A stretch of DNA of 64,000 nt from Gammaproteobacteria bacterium (GCA_030835925.1 JAURQW010000008.1:1732-65731), one strand, 5' to 3'. Shown: positions 52,016 through 62,392, numbered from the stretch's first letter. Translations and numbers: made by a program. Notes: generated by a model from the sequence alone, not told the origin.

Positions 52016-52683
52016 TGTTGATATTAAAAGATTTATCAAAATCATTTTTGATTGATCAATCAGAGTCAAGGATCGATGTTCTCAATAGCCTAAATCTAAG
52101 TATTGAAACTGGAACTACTGTAGCCCTCACAGGACCTTCTGGTAGTGGAAAAAGCACTTTATTAAATCTTATATCAGGTATTGAAGATGTATCATCAGGT
52201 TCTATTATTATTAATGATCAAATGATAAATCGTTTGAGTCAAAATGAGCTTTGTAAGTTTAGAAATCAAAATATTGGAATGATATTTCAATTTTTTAATT
52301 TAATAAATGATTTAACAGTTATTGAAAATATATCGTTACCCTTATTAATGAGAGGTATCAATAAAAAAAGTATAATGAAAACAGTTGACAATCTTATTGA
52401 TAGCATAGGCTTAAGGGATAGGGCGTCGTATACCACTAACCTCTTATCAGGAGGAGAAGCCCAAAGGGTTGCTATTGCTCGGGCGCTTGTAACGAAACCA
52501 TCTATAATTCTTGCGGACGAACCCACAGGGAACTTAGATAAAAAAAACACAACAAATATAATAGATATATTAATTCAACTATGCAAAGAAAATAAATCAA
52601 CATTGATTATGGTTACACATGATAATGATTTATTATCTAAGTTTGACAAAACATATACGATTGAGTCTGGAAAAATTTTATAG
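52015..52683 (+). CDS. lolD: lipoprotein-releasing system ATP-binding protein
   Basis: GPSGSGKST, LSGGEAQRVAIARAL, ILADEPTGNLD. Position after the lolC/E gene. Confidence 0.9.
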   Translation: MLILKDLSKSFLIDQSESRIDVLNSLNLSIETGTTVALTGPSGSGKSTLLNLISGIEDVSSGSIIINDQMINRLSQNELCKFRNQNIGMIFQFFNLINDLTVIENISLPLLMRGINKKSIMKTVDNLIDSIGLRDRASYTTNLLSGGEAQRVAIARALVTKPSIILADEPTGNLDKKNTTNIIDILIQLCKENKSTLIMVTHDNDLLSKFDKTYTIESGKIL

Positions 52684-52684
52684 T

Positions 52685-53188
52685 TTATTTTTTTGATCTT
52701 TGTAATCTATTATATGCATAGAATCTCCATAGCATATGCATAATAAAATAACCCAGTATGCTTGATATGATTCCAATGATTAATGTCCCAACTAATAATG
52801 GTTGCCAAATATTTTCAAATGCACTAAATATCCATTCAGAAGACAACTGAAATTCTTCATAAACTGGATTTATTCCCAATACAAAATTCCCAAATAAATA
52901 GCCAATGTACATCATCGCAGGCATTGTTATGGGATTGCTTATCCATACGCCGGCTACAGATAATGGAAGATTTGCTCTAAATAATACAGCACAATAAGCT
53001 GCTGGTATCATTTGAAAAAACATCGGCATCCATCCCCAAAAAACACCAATAACAGTTGCTCTGCAGAATGATAACCTATTGAATCTCCAAAGATCTTCAT
53101 GAAAAAGAGAATTACCTAAAAAATTTAGGAATTTATACTCTTTTACCATCTCGCGATTTGGAGTGTATTTCTTAAAAAACTTTCTCAT
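52685..53188 (-). CDS. DUF2062-family membrane protein
   Basis: 167 aa, 3-4 TM helices. GVFWGWMPMFFQMIPAAYCAVLFRANLPLSVAGVWISNPITMP resembles DUF2062. From memory, the same family follows lolCDE in Pseudomonas. Confidence 0.65.
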   Translation of the reverse strand: MRKFFKKYTPNREMVKEYKFLNFLGNSLFHEDLWRFNRLSFCRATVIGVFWGWMPMFFQMIPAAYCAVLFRANLPLSVAGVWISNPITMPAMMYIGYLFGNFVLGINPVYEEFQLSSEWIFSAFENIWQPLLVGTLIIGIISSILGYFIMHMLWRFYAYNRLQRSKK

Positions 53189-53270
53189 GTGTTATAGTTA
53201 TACTAATAAATAGATATTTTTACTAGAAAATGTATTAATATCTTATACTATTACATATCTTTTACATTTT

Positions 53271-55043
53271 ATGCATAAATCTGACAATAGCAAAACTAAT
53301 TCTAGTATATATATGAGATTACTGGGATATACATTCCAGCATAAAATTATTTTCACTATTTCAATCTTTGCCATGGCTATGTTCGCTATAACTGATACTG
53401 CGTTTGCTGCATTAATAAAACCTCTACTAGATGGCAGTTTTGTAGAAAAAGATCCTGATACAATTCGTTACTTTCCTTTTGTGCTAATTGGTTTGTTCCT
53501 TTTGAGAAGTATTGCGGGATTTGTATCTACATATGGTATTGCTTGGGTAGGCAGAAATGTAATAAAAAAAATTCATCAAGAAATGTTTGAGAAATTGGTG
53601 CATATGCCAACCAAAACTTATGATTTCGCATCATCTGGTGAGCTGTTATCAAAGTTAACATATGATACTGAACAAGTTGCTGAAGCAGCTACAAAAGCTA
53701 TAACAGTCTTAGTTAGAGATGGACTAACTGTCATCGGTTTATTAGGATTAATGTTTTATCAGAGTTTTATTCTCTCAGTGGGTTTATTTATAATTGGACC
53801 AGTTATAGCAATATTCATAAAACTAATGAGCGTGAGATTTCGTGATACCAGCAAGCATATACAAAAATCCATGGGATATATCACAAATGTTGTAGAAGAG
53901 TTAATAGCAGGACATAGAGTTGTTAAAATATTTGGTGGAGAAAATAGTGAAAAAAAGTCATTTAGCTATGTTAACAAAAATAATAGAGACAGACATTTAA
54001 AGCTTGCCTTAATTCAAGGAATAAGCATCCCCCTTGTACAATTTATAGTTGCTTTATTTTTATCAACGATAATCTATTTTGTTACCTCAGATGGTTATTT
54101 AGAAGTTATCTCTGTAGGTACATTTATGTCTTTTATAACTGCTATGATACTAATATTTGCACCTATAAAAAGGCTTGCAGAAATTAATGTTGTTTTACAA
54201 AGAGGTATAGCAGCAAGCGAATCAATTTTTAATTTACTAGATTCTAAATCTGAACTTGATGTTAAAGATTTCACAAAAAAAGAAAAATTTAATCGAGACT
54301 TTTTAAAACTGAACTTTAATAATATAAATTTTTCATATTATGATAATGATAATTTAGTTTTAAAAAATATTAACTTTACAGTTCCACGAGGCAGCACATG
54401 TGCGATTGTGGGAAAATCCGGAAGTGGCAAATCAACATTGATGAACCTCCTGCCAAGATTTTATGATATCCGCGATGGGAGCTTAACTATTGATAATACA
54501 AATATTAATTCTTTATCCCTAAAAGAGCTTAGATCAATGATTGGTTATGTTGGGCAAGAGTCTACATTATTTAATGATTCCATAAAAAATAATATTGCTT
54601 ATGGTTCATTGGAATCAAAAAGTATGGATGAAATCAAAATTGCAGCAGAGAGTGCTAATGCCTTAGATTTTATAAATAAATATGAGAAAGGCTTTGAAAC
54701 ATTTGTTGGAGATAACGGTGTTTTACTCTCTGGAGGACAAAGACAGAGGCTTGCGATTGCAAGAGCTATATTGAAGAATGCCCCAATTCTTCTTTTGGAT
54801 GAAGCTACAAGCTCTCTTGATTCTGAGTCTGAAAAGCTTATTCAAAATTCATTAATCGAGCTACAAAAGAATCGGACAACCATAGTAATCGCACATCGTT
54901 TATCTACAATAGAGAATGCTGATCAAATTATTGTTCTTGACCAAGGGATTATTAAAGAGCATGGCAACCATCATGATTTGATTAAAAAAGATGGTATATA
55001 CTCAAAGCTTCATAAGATCCAGTTTAGCGTGTCGGAGAAATAG
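53271..55043 (+). CDS. msbA: lipid A export ATP-binding/permease protein MsbA
   Basis: 590 aa. A six-TM ABC exporter domain, then GKSGSGKST, LSGGQRQRLAIARA, LLLDEATSSLD. Followed by lpxK and kdsB. Confidence 0.88.
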   Translation: MHKSDNSKTNSSIYMRLLGYTFQHKIIFTISIFAMAMFAITDTAFAALIKPLLDGSFVEKDPDTIRYFPFVLIGLFLLRSIAGFVSTYGIAWVGRNVIKKIHQEMFEKLVHMPTKTYDFASSGELLSKLTYDTEQVAEAATKAITVLVRDGLTVIGLLGLMFYQSFILSVGLFIIGPVIAIFIKLMSVRFRDTSKHIQKSMGYITNVVEELIAGHRVVKIFGGENSEKKSFSYVNKNNRDRHLKLALIQGISIPLVQFIVALFLSTIIYFVTSDGYLEVISVGTFMSFITAMILIFAPIKRLAEINVVLQRGIAASESIFNLLDSKSELDVKDFTKKEKFNRDFLKLNFNNINFSYYDNDNLVLKNINFTVPRGSTCAIVGKSGSGKSTLMNLLPRFYDIRDGSLTIDNTNINSLSLKELRSMIGYVGQESTLFNDSIKNNIAYGSLESKSMDEIKIAAESANALDFINKYEKGFETFVGDNGVLLSGGQRQRLAIARAILKNAPILLLDEATSSLDSESEKLIQNSLIELQKNRTTIVIAHRLSTIENADQIIVLDQGIIKEHGNHHDLIKKDGIYSKLHKIQFSVSEK

Positions 55044-56032
55044 TGGAGAAAATTTTTGAAAGTATATGGTACTCTAAGTTTAGTTTATTATCTTTCATCC
55101 TACTTCCATTCTCGATACTCTTCTATGTGTTAATTAAAACCCGATTATATCTTTATGATTATCATCTTTTGCATAAATATACATCCAGCAAACCTTCGAT
55201 AATAGTAGGAAATCTAACAGTTGGAGGCTCAGGGAAAACGCCACTTGTAATCTGGTTAGCGAAATACTTAACAGCTATGGGTTTAAAAGTTGGAGTAGTG
55301 TCCTCAGGTTACAAAGCTGTGCTAAAAACACCTGTTCTTGTAAATGAAAAATCAAATCCTAATCTTGTTGGGGATGAAGCAGTTTTAATTGCGAAGCAAA
55401 CTAATAGTGAAATAGTTAGCTGTGGGAACAGAGTAGATGCAACGAAACTATTGTTAAATAAAAAAGCAATTGATGTAATAATACATGATGATGGCCTTCA
55501 GCATTATAAAATAGCGAGAGACTATGAGATAGCGCTTATAAACGAGCATAAACTGTTTGGAAATAGTTTTTTACTTCCAGCTGGACCTTTAAGAGAACCA
55601 AAATCTAGATTGAATAACGTTGATATTGTTGCTTATACAAATTCAATAGACGATAAGAAATTTTCTATCAGATCTATAAACAAAACTGTTATCAATCTAG
55701 TTACTAATAAATCAAAAAATTTGAAAGACTTTTCATCAAAAAGAATTCATTTAGTTTCTGGAATAGCATCTTTAGAGAATATAACTAAGGCTTTAGATTT
55801 ATATATGATAAATTATATTATTCATAAATATGACGATCACCATGCTTATGATGGATCAGAGGTATGCTTTGATGATCATCATCCTATCTTTATAACTTAC
55901 AAAGATTATGTTAAATTAATTGAAATAAAAGATAATAACATTTGGGTGCTCGATCACTACGTTGAACCAAACAAATTATTTATTAATAAAATTAATAAAG
56001 ATCTAAGTGTTATATTAAATTATGAAAACTAG
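55043..56032 (+). CDS. lpxK: tetraacyldisaccharide 4'-kinase
   Basis: GTG start sharing 1 nt with the msbA TAG. P-loop GNLTVGGSGKTPLVIWLA. HDDGLQH. Confidence 0.88.
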   Translation: MEKIFESIWYSKFSLLSFILLPFSILFYVLIKTRLYLYDYHLLHKYTSSKPSIIVGNLTVGGSGKTPLVIWLAKYLTAMGLKVGVVSSGYKAVLKTPVLVNEKSNPNLVGDEAVLIAKQTNSEIVSCGNRVDATKLLLNKKAIDVIIHDDGLQHYKIARDYEIALINEHKLFGNSFLLPAGPLREPKSRLNNVDIVAYTNSIDDKKFSIRSINKTVINLVTNKSKNLKDFSSKRIHLVSGIASLENITKALDLYMINYIIHKYDDHHAYDGSEVCFDDHHPIFITYKDYVKLIEIKDNNIWVLDHYVEPNKLFINKINKDLSVILNYEN

Positions 56033-56741
56033 AATAATAATACCAGCAAGACTAAAATCCTCGAGGTTTCCAGAAAAACTTGTTCAAAAAATAAATGATA
56101 TTACTTTAATTGAACATATTATCCTCCGTGCAAAAAAACTACCTCACTACTCAATAACTGTCGCAACAGATGATAATAAAATTAAAAACTTAGCAGAAAA
56201 ACATAACATAAATGTATGGTTTTCAAAAAAAACATATAGAAATGGGACTCATCGCATAGCAGCTCTGTGTAGGGATCTAAAATTTACGAGTAACGATAAC
56301 ATACTAAATATACAAGGAGATGAATTTAACTTCCCCTTGAAAGGTGCTAGGGATATTATATCTTCACTTTCATCTGAAAATTATATGTCTCTGTATACAT
56401 TGATTTCTAGGTCTAAGTCTGAAAAATCTTTTAATAGCAAGGATGCTGTAAAGGTAATTCTAGATAATCAAGATAATGCATTATATTTTTCTCGTTCACC
56501 TATACCTTTTAATGCATATAATGACCATTATTTACATATTGGAATCTATGGGTATAAAGTTTCGTTGTTAAAAAAATATTTGAACTTTAAAAGTTCTCCA
56601 TATGAGTCATATGAAAGTTTAGAGCAGTTAAAATTTATCTGGAATCAGATACCAATCCATTGTATAAAAGTAAGAACGAATAATTCAATTAGTATTAATT
56701 CGCCTAGTGATTTAAAATTAGCGAAGGATTTTTTAAAATGA
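56022..56741 (+). CDS. kdsB: 3-deoxy-manno-octulosonate cytidylyltransferase (CMP-KDO synthetase)
   Basis: IIIPARLKSSRFPEKL N-terminus, NIQGDE, EQLKFIWN. Confidence 0.88.
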   Translation: MKTRIIIPARLKSSRFPEKLVQKINDITLIEHIILRAKKLPHYSITVATDDNKIKNLAEKHNINVWFSKKTYRNGTHRIAALCRDLKFTSNDNILNIQGDEFNFPLKGARDIISSLSSENYMSLYTLISRSKSEKSFNSKDAVKVILDNQDNALYFSRSPIPFNAYNDHYLHIGIYGYKVSLLKKYLNFKSSPYESYESLEQLKFIWNQIPIHCIKVRTNNSISINSPSDLKLAKDFLK

Positions 56742-57709
56742 AAAAACAAATTATTACTATAACTGGTGCAGCTGGAAATATTGCATATTCACTTATCTTT
56801 CGTATACTCGCTGGGAATATATTCGATCAAGATACAAAAATTCAATTAAATTTATTAGATATATCAGCAGCCCTGCCTATTTTAATGGGTGTAAAATTGG
56901 AAATCGAAGATTGTGCTTTCAGACAATTAGATTCAGTGATTATAACTGATAAACCCGAAGAAGCTTTTGCTGACTCAGACTTTATATTATTAGTTGGTGC
57001 TAAACCAAGATCCAAAGGTATGCAAAGGGCTGATTTGTTGTTAGATAATGCAAATATATTTAGTGCACAAGGAAATATAATTAATGAAAATGCTAAAAAA
57101 ACTACTAAAATAATAGTTGTTGGTAATCCAGCAAATACAAATGCATTAATCATAGAAAAAAACACAAAAAATATTCCTACAGAAAATATTTCCTCATTAA
57201 TGAGATTAGACCAGAATAGGGCAAAAAGTATTTTGTCAATTAAAACAAATTGTAGAGTTGAGCAAATCAGTCAATTGATAGTGTGGGGCAATCATTCCGC
57301 AACACAATACCCTGATATCAATAACGCATTAATAAATAATAATAATGAAAAAATCCTTTCACTAAGCGACCAATGGATTTTGGACGAATTCATACCAAGA
57401 GTGCAGAATAGAGGAGCTGAAATAATTGAGCATCGCGGTAAGTCAAGCGCAGCTTCGGCAGCTTCTGCAATACATGATCATGTCTATGCTTTGGTGAATG
57501 GATCATCTGATTGGGAATCAATGGGTATTATGTCTAGTAACTCTTATGACATTGATGATCAAATATTTTTTTCATATCCTTTAAATATTGTAAATGATGA
57601 AATAAAAATTATAGATGCCGTTAATTTATCAGAAAGCTCAATCACATATATTAAAAATACTGAAAAAGAATTGATTTCTGAAAGAGATATTATAAAAGAC
57701 TTGCTCTAA
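56738..57709 (+). CDS. mdh: malate dehydrogenase (TGAAGxI-type, about 325 aa class)
   Basis: ITGAAGNIAYSL, VGNPANTNALI, MRLDQNRA, WGNHSATQYPD, RGKSSAASAASA. ATGA overlap with the kdsB stop. Confidence 0.93.
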   Translation: MKKQIITITGAAGNIAYSLIFRILAGNIFDQDTKIQLNLLDISAALPILMGVKLEIEDCAFRQLDSVIITDKPEEAFADSDFILLVGAKPRSKGMQRADLLLDNANIFSAQGNIINENAKKTTKIIVVGNPANTNALIIEKNTKNIPTENISSLMRLDQNRAKSILSIKTNCRVEQISQLIVWGNHSATQYPDINNALINNNNEKILSLSDQWILDEFIPRVQNRGAEIIEHRGKSSAASAASAIHDHVYALVNGSSDWESMGIMSSNSYDIDDQIFFSYPLNIVNDEIKIIDAVNLSESSITYIKNTEKELISERDIIKDLL

Positions 57710-57710
57710 C

Positions 57711-58598
57711 TTAGATAATTTTTAAACTTGTCTGTTTCGCGTAAATATTCTTATCTATAGAATCAAGTCTTATAATGCCTATCGATAAAAAAGCATCATT
57801 TATTTTTTGCGTTGAAGTAAAGATTTCTCCAACTACCTCTCCATCAACATCGTGAATTTTATCACCTATATCAATATCTTTTTCATAATGCTGTAGCAGA
57901 AATATCTTTTTTTTAATCTTTCCCAAGTAATGTGTTCTTGCTACAATTTCTTGTCCCGTATAACATCCTTTCTTATAATTTATACCATTCAAATCTTCTA
58001 GATTTAAAACTTGCGGTATATATGTTTCTTTTGTTGCCATAGTAATTCTTGGAAGAAGTAGTAAGTTATCAATTAACTCATTTACATTATAATCAACATT
58101 TTTATCTGATTTTAGAAGTTCATCAGATTGACTGTTACTGGATTTAATTTCGATGATAGTAGCTGCTGGCACATATTTATTTTCATTACTTAGAATTATG
58201 TTTTCTGAATTTTTAATATATTCATTTGCTTTTAATGTATTCTCTAAAAGAATAGCCTCTGCTGATTTTCCAAGAATTCCATAAATCATGCAATCTTTTT
58301 GCTCTTCGATTTTAACTTTTGACATCAAAATATACATGGATAGACGCTCAATAAAGTATTTAGCAACATTTTTATTTATCAAAAGCAAATATCCTTGATT
58401 ATTTTTCAAGATTCTAAAAATTGCGATAACTTTACCCTGATTAGTTGAGTAGGATGAATATTGGTAAACACTATCAGTAACTTCTGTTATGTCGTTACTA
58501 AATTGTCCTTGTAAAAACTTTTGTGAGTCTTCGCCAGATACTTGGATGCAAGTAGTATTTTGGTCTATAGAATATCCTGATAATTCTTTAAAATTCAT
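57711..58598 (-). CDS. ygfZ: folate-binding Fe-S cluster repair / tRNA-modification protein YgfZ
   Basis: 295 aa. Signature KKGCYTGQEIVARTHYLGKIKK. GcvT-like fold region. Confidence 0.85.
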   Translation of the reverse strand: MNFKELSGYSIDQNTTCIQVSGEDSQKFLQGQFSNDITEVTDSVYQYSSYSTNQGKVIAIFRILKNNQGYLLLINKNVAKYFIERLSMYILMSKVKIEEQKDCMIYGILGKSAEAILLENTLKANEYIKNSENIILSNENKYVPAATIIEIKSSNSQSDELLKSDKNVDYNVNELIDNLLLLPRITMATKETYIPQVLNLEDLNGINYKKGCYTGQEIVARTHYLGKIKKKIFLLQHYEKDIDIGDKIHDVDGEVVGEIFTSTQKINDAFLSIGIIRLDSIDKNIYAKQTSLKII

Positions 58599-58753
58599 AT
58601 AAAGTATTGATATATAGTTAATTTATCCTTTTAAGCCTTTTTGCTACTACTAATTTATTATAGCTAATCTGCGTATAATCAAAATAAGTATATACTAATA
58701 AAGTACTATTTATTTAATTTATATTTGCATATAATACGTCTTGGAGAGATTAC

Positions 58754-58894
58754 ATGAACAAAGATCAAAAAACTGATAATTCTAAAAAGAAGATCAATTC
58801 CCCTGAAAAAGTAAAGGAAATTGGTGGCAGAAAAGGCCCCGAACCAACAAGGTATGGTGACTGGGAAAAAAATGGTAGGTGTGTAGATTTTTAA
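58754..58894 (+). CDS. DUF1674 / SDHAF4(Sdh8)-like small protein (46 aa), missed by the ORF track
   Basis: GGAGAG Shine-Dalgarno at 58743-58748. Translation: [46 protein letters not shown]. The C-terminal GG[21 protein letters not shown] matches the conserved DUF1674/SDHAF4 C-terminus (human ...[23 protein letters not shown], from memory). Its TAA abuts the sdhC ATG. Confidence 0.8.
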   Translation: MNKDQKTDNSKKKINSPEKVKEIGGRKGPEPTRYGDWEKNGRCVDF

Positions 58895-59281
58895 ATGGAT
58901 AAAATATTAAGTAATAAAAGACCACTATCACCTCATTTGCAGATTTATAAGCCGCAGCTTACATCGGTGATGTCAATATCTCATAGATTTACTGGCGTAA
59001 TACTCTCGATACTTTTGTTACTCATACCTTTTTTCTTTTTTGTAATAGCATTAGGTAGTGAGTACTTCAATATACTAGTATCAGTGCTAGATCACTTTCT
59101 AGTTAAACTTATTTTATATGGGGTAATTTTTGTAATCACATATCATTTACTCAATGGTATTAGACATCTCTTCTGGGATATAGGGAAAGGATTGAGTATT
59201 AGGGATAGCTATTTAAGTGGTTATCTTGTTATTACTTTATCATTATTAACAACATTATCTTTTATAGTGTATTTAAACTAA
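58895..59281 (+). CDS. sdhC: succinate dehydrogenase cytochrome b556 subunit
   Basis: 128 aa. RPLSPHLQIYKPQLTSVMSISHRFTG. Three TM helices with a heme-ligand His context. Confidence 0.9.
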   Translation: MDKILSNKRPLSPHLQIYKPQLTSVMSISHRFTGVILSILLLLIPFFFFVIALGSEYFNILVSVLDHFLVKLILYGVIFVITYHLLNGIRHLFWDIGKGLSIRDSYLSGYLVITLSLLTTLSFIVYLN

Positions 59282-59293
59282 AACTTATTAATT

Positions 59294-59620
59294 ATGGCAA
59301 TATTACATTGGAAGTTACAAAGATTTAGCGCAATTATTCTGGTGCCTGCAATTATCTATATAACTTTATATTTTCTAAATATTACAAATCTCACATACTC
59401 TTCTATAGTTTCTGATATTACATCCTTTTGGGGCATTATTTTTATAGTGGTAGTATCTTCCACGCTTTTTATGCATAGTTCTCTAGGAATAGAAACAATC
59501 ATGGAGGATTATATACATAATGATTCAATGCAAAGATTTTTTATTAATTTATCGAAAGCGATTCATGTTATATTATTTCTAGTAACTCTAATATCGTTAT
59601 CGATGATAAGAGGAAGTTAA
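59294..59620 (+). CDS. sdhD: succinate dehydrogenase hydrophobic membrane anchor subunit
   Basis: 108 aa with three TM helices, sitting between sdhC and sdhA. Confidence 0.82.
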   Translation: MAILHWKLQRFSAIILVPAIIYITLYFLNITNLTYSSIVSDITSFWGIIFIVVVSSTLFMHSSLGIETIMEDYIHNDSMQRFFINLSKAIHVILFLVTLISLSMIRGS

Positions 59621-59621
59621 T

Positions 59622-61391
59622 ATGGATATTATAAAACACAAACATGATGCTATTGTAATTGGTGCTGGTGGTTCTGGATTAAGAGCAACGATGGGAATTT
59701 CTCAGTCTGATCATAGTGTCGCATGTATCTCTAAAGTTTTTCCTACACGTAGTCATACAGTAGCTGCCCAAGGTGGCATCAGTGGGGCTCTAGGAAATAT
59801 GGGTGAGGATGATTGGCGTTGGCACATGTACGATACAGTCAAGGGTTCTGATTGGTTAGGCGATCAAGATTCAATAGAATATATGTGTAAGAATGCAGTT
59901 GAATCAATAATAGAATTAGAGCACTTCGGCGTACCATTTTCTAGAACAGAGGAAGGTAAGATTTATCAGAGACCATTTGGTGGAATGACTACAGAGTATG
60001 GTAAAGGCATTGCTCAAAGGACTTGCGCAGCTGCTGATAGAACTGGTCATGCTATTTTACACACACTTTATACTCAATCACTTAAAAATAATGTGGATTT
60101 TTATATAGAATATTTTGTTATAGATCTAGTTTTCGAAGATGGAAAATGTGTTGGAGTTCTTGCATGGTGCTTAGATGATGGATCTATTCATTTATTCCAA
60201 GCTCATATGGTCATACTTGCTACAGGCGGGCATGGAAGAACATATCAATCCTCAACATCTGCTCATACCTGTACTGGGGACGGCAATGGAATGGTATTAA
60301 GAGCAGGGTTACCTTTAATGGATATGGAATTTATACAATTTCATCCCACTGGAATCTATGGAGCGGGTTGTCTTATTACAGAAGGAGCAAGAGGAGAAGG
60401 TGGTTATTTAACTAACTCGGACGGCGAGAGATTCATGCCAAAATATGCTCCAAATGCAAAAGATTTGGCATCAAGAGATGTAGTCAGCAGAGCAATACAA
60501 ATGGAAGTAAATGCTGGCAGAGGCGTAGGCAAAGAGAAAGATCATGCTCTTCTTCATCTAGAACATTTAGATGCAAGTGTCATACATGAAAAATTACCTG
60601 GTATCACTGAAACGGCTAAAATATTTTCTGGTGTCGATGCAACGAAAGAACCAATCCCTGTAATTCCTACAGTTCACTATAATATGGGAGGCACTCCTAC
60701 GAATCACTTTACAGAAGTTATCTCAGATGGTACTGGTACAACAGTGGAGGGTCTTATGGCTCTTGGCGAGGGTGCATGCGTCTCTGTTCATGGCGCAAAT
60801 AGACTTGGATCTAATTCATTGCTAGATTTAATAGTATTTGGTAAATCTGCTGCTGAGAGGGCTTGTGAAATTTTAGATAATAAATCTAAAAATCATCCTG
60901 ATATTAAAAAATCAACAATAGATAATATAATAAGCGATTTTGATGGAATCAAGAATTCATCAGGAGATATAAGTACAGCTGAGTTACGTGAGAAAATGCA
61001 GAAAACCATGCAAAGATACGCACCTGTCTATCGAGATGAAGAGACTTTAAAGAAAGGGATAGAAATAATGAAAGGTTTATTTAACGATTTCAAAAATGTA
61101 TCTGTTAGTGATAAATCATTAATATGGAATACCGATCTTGTGGAAACCCTGGAGTTGAATAATTTATTATATCAAGCAGTAGCTACTTTGTACTCAGCAT
61201 ATAATAGAAAAGAGAGTAGAGGAAGTCATGCAAGAGATGATTTCCCAGATAGAGATGATAAGGAATGGTTAAAACATACTATGGTTAAGATTGATAAAGA
61301 TGGAAATAGTATTTTTGATTACAAGCCTGTTAAACTTGAAACTTTAACAGATGAAGTAGAAACCGTTAAGTTAAAAGCAAGGACATATTAA
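59622..61391 (+). CDS. sdhA: succinate dehydrogenase flavoprotein subunit
   Basis: [14 protein letters not shown]-attachment His in [30 protein letters not shown]. Confidence 0.97.
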   Translation: MDIIKHKHDAIVIGAGGSGLRATMGISQSDHSVACISKVFPTRSHTVAAQGGISGALGNMGEDDWRWHMYDTVKGSDWLGDQDSIEYMCKNAVESIIELEHFGVPFSRTEEGKIYQRPFGGMTTEYGKGIAQRTCAAADRTGHAILHTLYTQSLKNNVDFYIEYFVIDLVFEDGKCVGVLAWCLDDGSIHLFQAHMVILATGGHGRTYQSSTSAHTCTGDGNGMVLRAGLPLMDMEFIQFHPTGIYGAGCLITEGARGEGGYLTNSDGERFMPKYAPNAKDLASRDVVSRAIQMEVNAGRGVGKEKDHALLHLEHLDASVIHEKLPGITETAKIFSGVDATKEPIPVIPTVHYNMGGTPTNHFTEVISDGTGTTVEGLMALGEGACVSVHGANRLGSNSLLDLIVFGKSAAERACEILDNKSKNHPDIKKSTIDNIISDFDGIKNSSGDISTAELREKMQKTMQRYAPVYRDEETLKKGIEIMKGLFNDFKNVSVSDKSLIWNTDLVETLELNNLLYQAVATLYSAYNRKESRGSHARDDFPDRDDKEWLKHTMVKIDKDGNSIFDYKPVKLETLTDEVETVKLKARTY

Positions 61392-61392
61392 T

Positions 61393-62160
61393 ATGGCTAA
61401 ATTTACACTACCAATTAATTCAATTGTAAAAAAAGGTAAAACTTATAAATTAGATAGTGATCCTAAAAACATCTTAACTGTCGACATATATAGATATAAT
61501 CCTGATGACGGCTCTAATCCATGTATTGATACATATATTTTGGACAAAGATAATTTTGGACCAATGGCTCTAGATGTTCTATTGTATATTAAAAATAAAG
61601 TTGACTCGACTTTATCCTTCAGAAGATCATGCAGAGAGGGCATCTGTGGATCATGCTCTATGAATATTAATGGTACTAACACATTAGCTTGTATTCTTAA
61701 TATTGCAGAAGAGTCGCATTTAAAAATTTATCCTCTACCACATATGCCAGTGGTCAAAGATCTTGTGCCTGATATGAAAAACTTTTATAAACAATATGAG
61801 TCTATAAAACCATGGTTAATTAATGATAACAAACCAAAAAGAGAACATTTGCAGTCTCAGGCTGATAGAGAAAAATTAGATGGTTTAATTGAATGTGTTT
61901 TATGCGCATGTTGTTCTACGAGTTGTCCAAGTTATTGGTGGAATTCTGATAAGTATCTTGGCCCAGCATCTTTATTGCATGCTTATCGATGGATTATAGA
62001 TAGTCGTGATACCGCAAAAAAAGAAAGGCTATCTAATTTAGCAGATAAATTTAAATTATTTAGATGTCATACAATTATGAATTGTACAAAAACCTGCCCA
62101 AAAAATCTCAACCCAGCAAAAGCAATATCGCATATTAAGACAATGCTTGCATCTGAATAG
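61393..62160 (+). CDS. sdhB: succinate dehydrogenase iron-sulfur subunit
   Basis: The three Cys clusters are present: [45 protein letters not shown]. Confidence 0.97.
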   Translation: MAKFTLPINSIVKKGKTYKLDSDPKNILTVDIYRYNPDDGSNPCIDTYILDKDNFGPMALDVLLYIKNKVDSTLSFRRSCREGICGSCSMNINGTNTLACILNIAEESHLKIYPLPHMPVVKDLVPDMKNFYKQYESIKPWLINDNKPKREHLQSQADREKLDGLIECVLCACCSTSCPSYWWNSDKYLGPASLLHAYRWIIDSRDTAKKERLSNLADKFKLFRCHTIMNCTKTCPKNLNPAKAISHIKTMLASE

Positions 62161-62161
62161 A

Positions 62162-62392
62162 ATGCATTTATCTAGGGTAATTTGGAAATGTCGCAAGGGT
62201 ATAAGAGAAATAGATATTTTGCTTACTCGCTATACAGAAAAAGTTTATCCTACATTAACGTCGCAACAGCAAGAACTTTATGTTGAATTTATTGACTTAG
62301 ACACTTATGAAATTCTCGATATGTTATTTAATAAAAAGCCATATGACAAAAAATATCAGGAGATAGTAGAAGCGCTTAAGTCATTTAATTAG
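62162..62392 (+). CDS. sdhE: FAD assembly factor SdhE (SDHAF2/YgfY family)
   Basis: 76 aa from the ATG at 62162 (the track start at 62147 is a TTG inside sdhB). RGxxE motif in CRKGIREIDILL. Small helical protein directly after sdhB. Confidence 0.85.
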   Translation: MHLSRVIWKCRKGIREIDILLTRYTEKVYPTLTSQQQELYVEFIDLDTYEILDMLFNKKPYDKKYQEIVEALKSFN

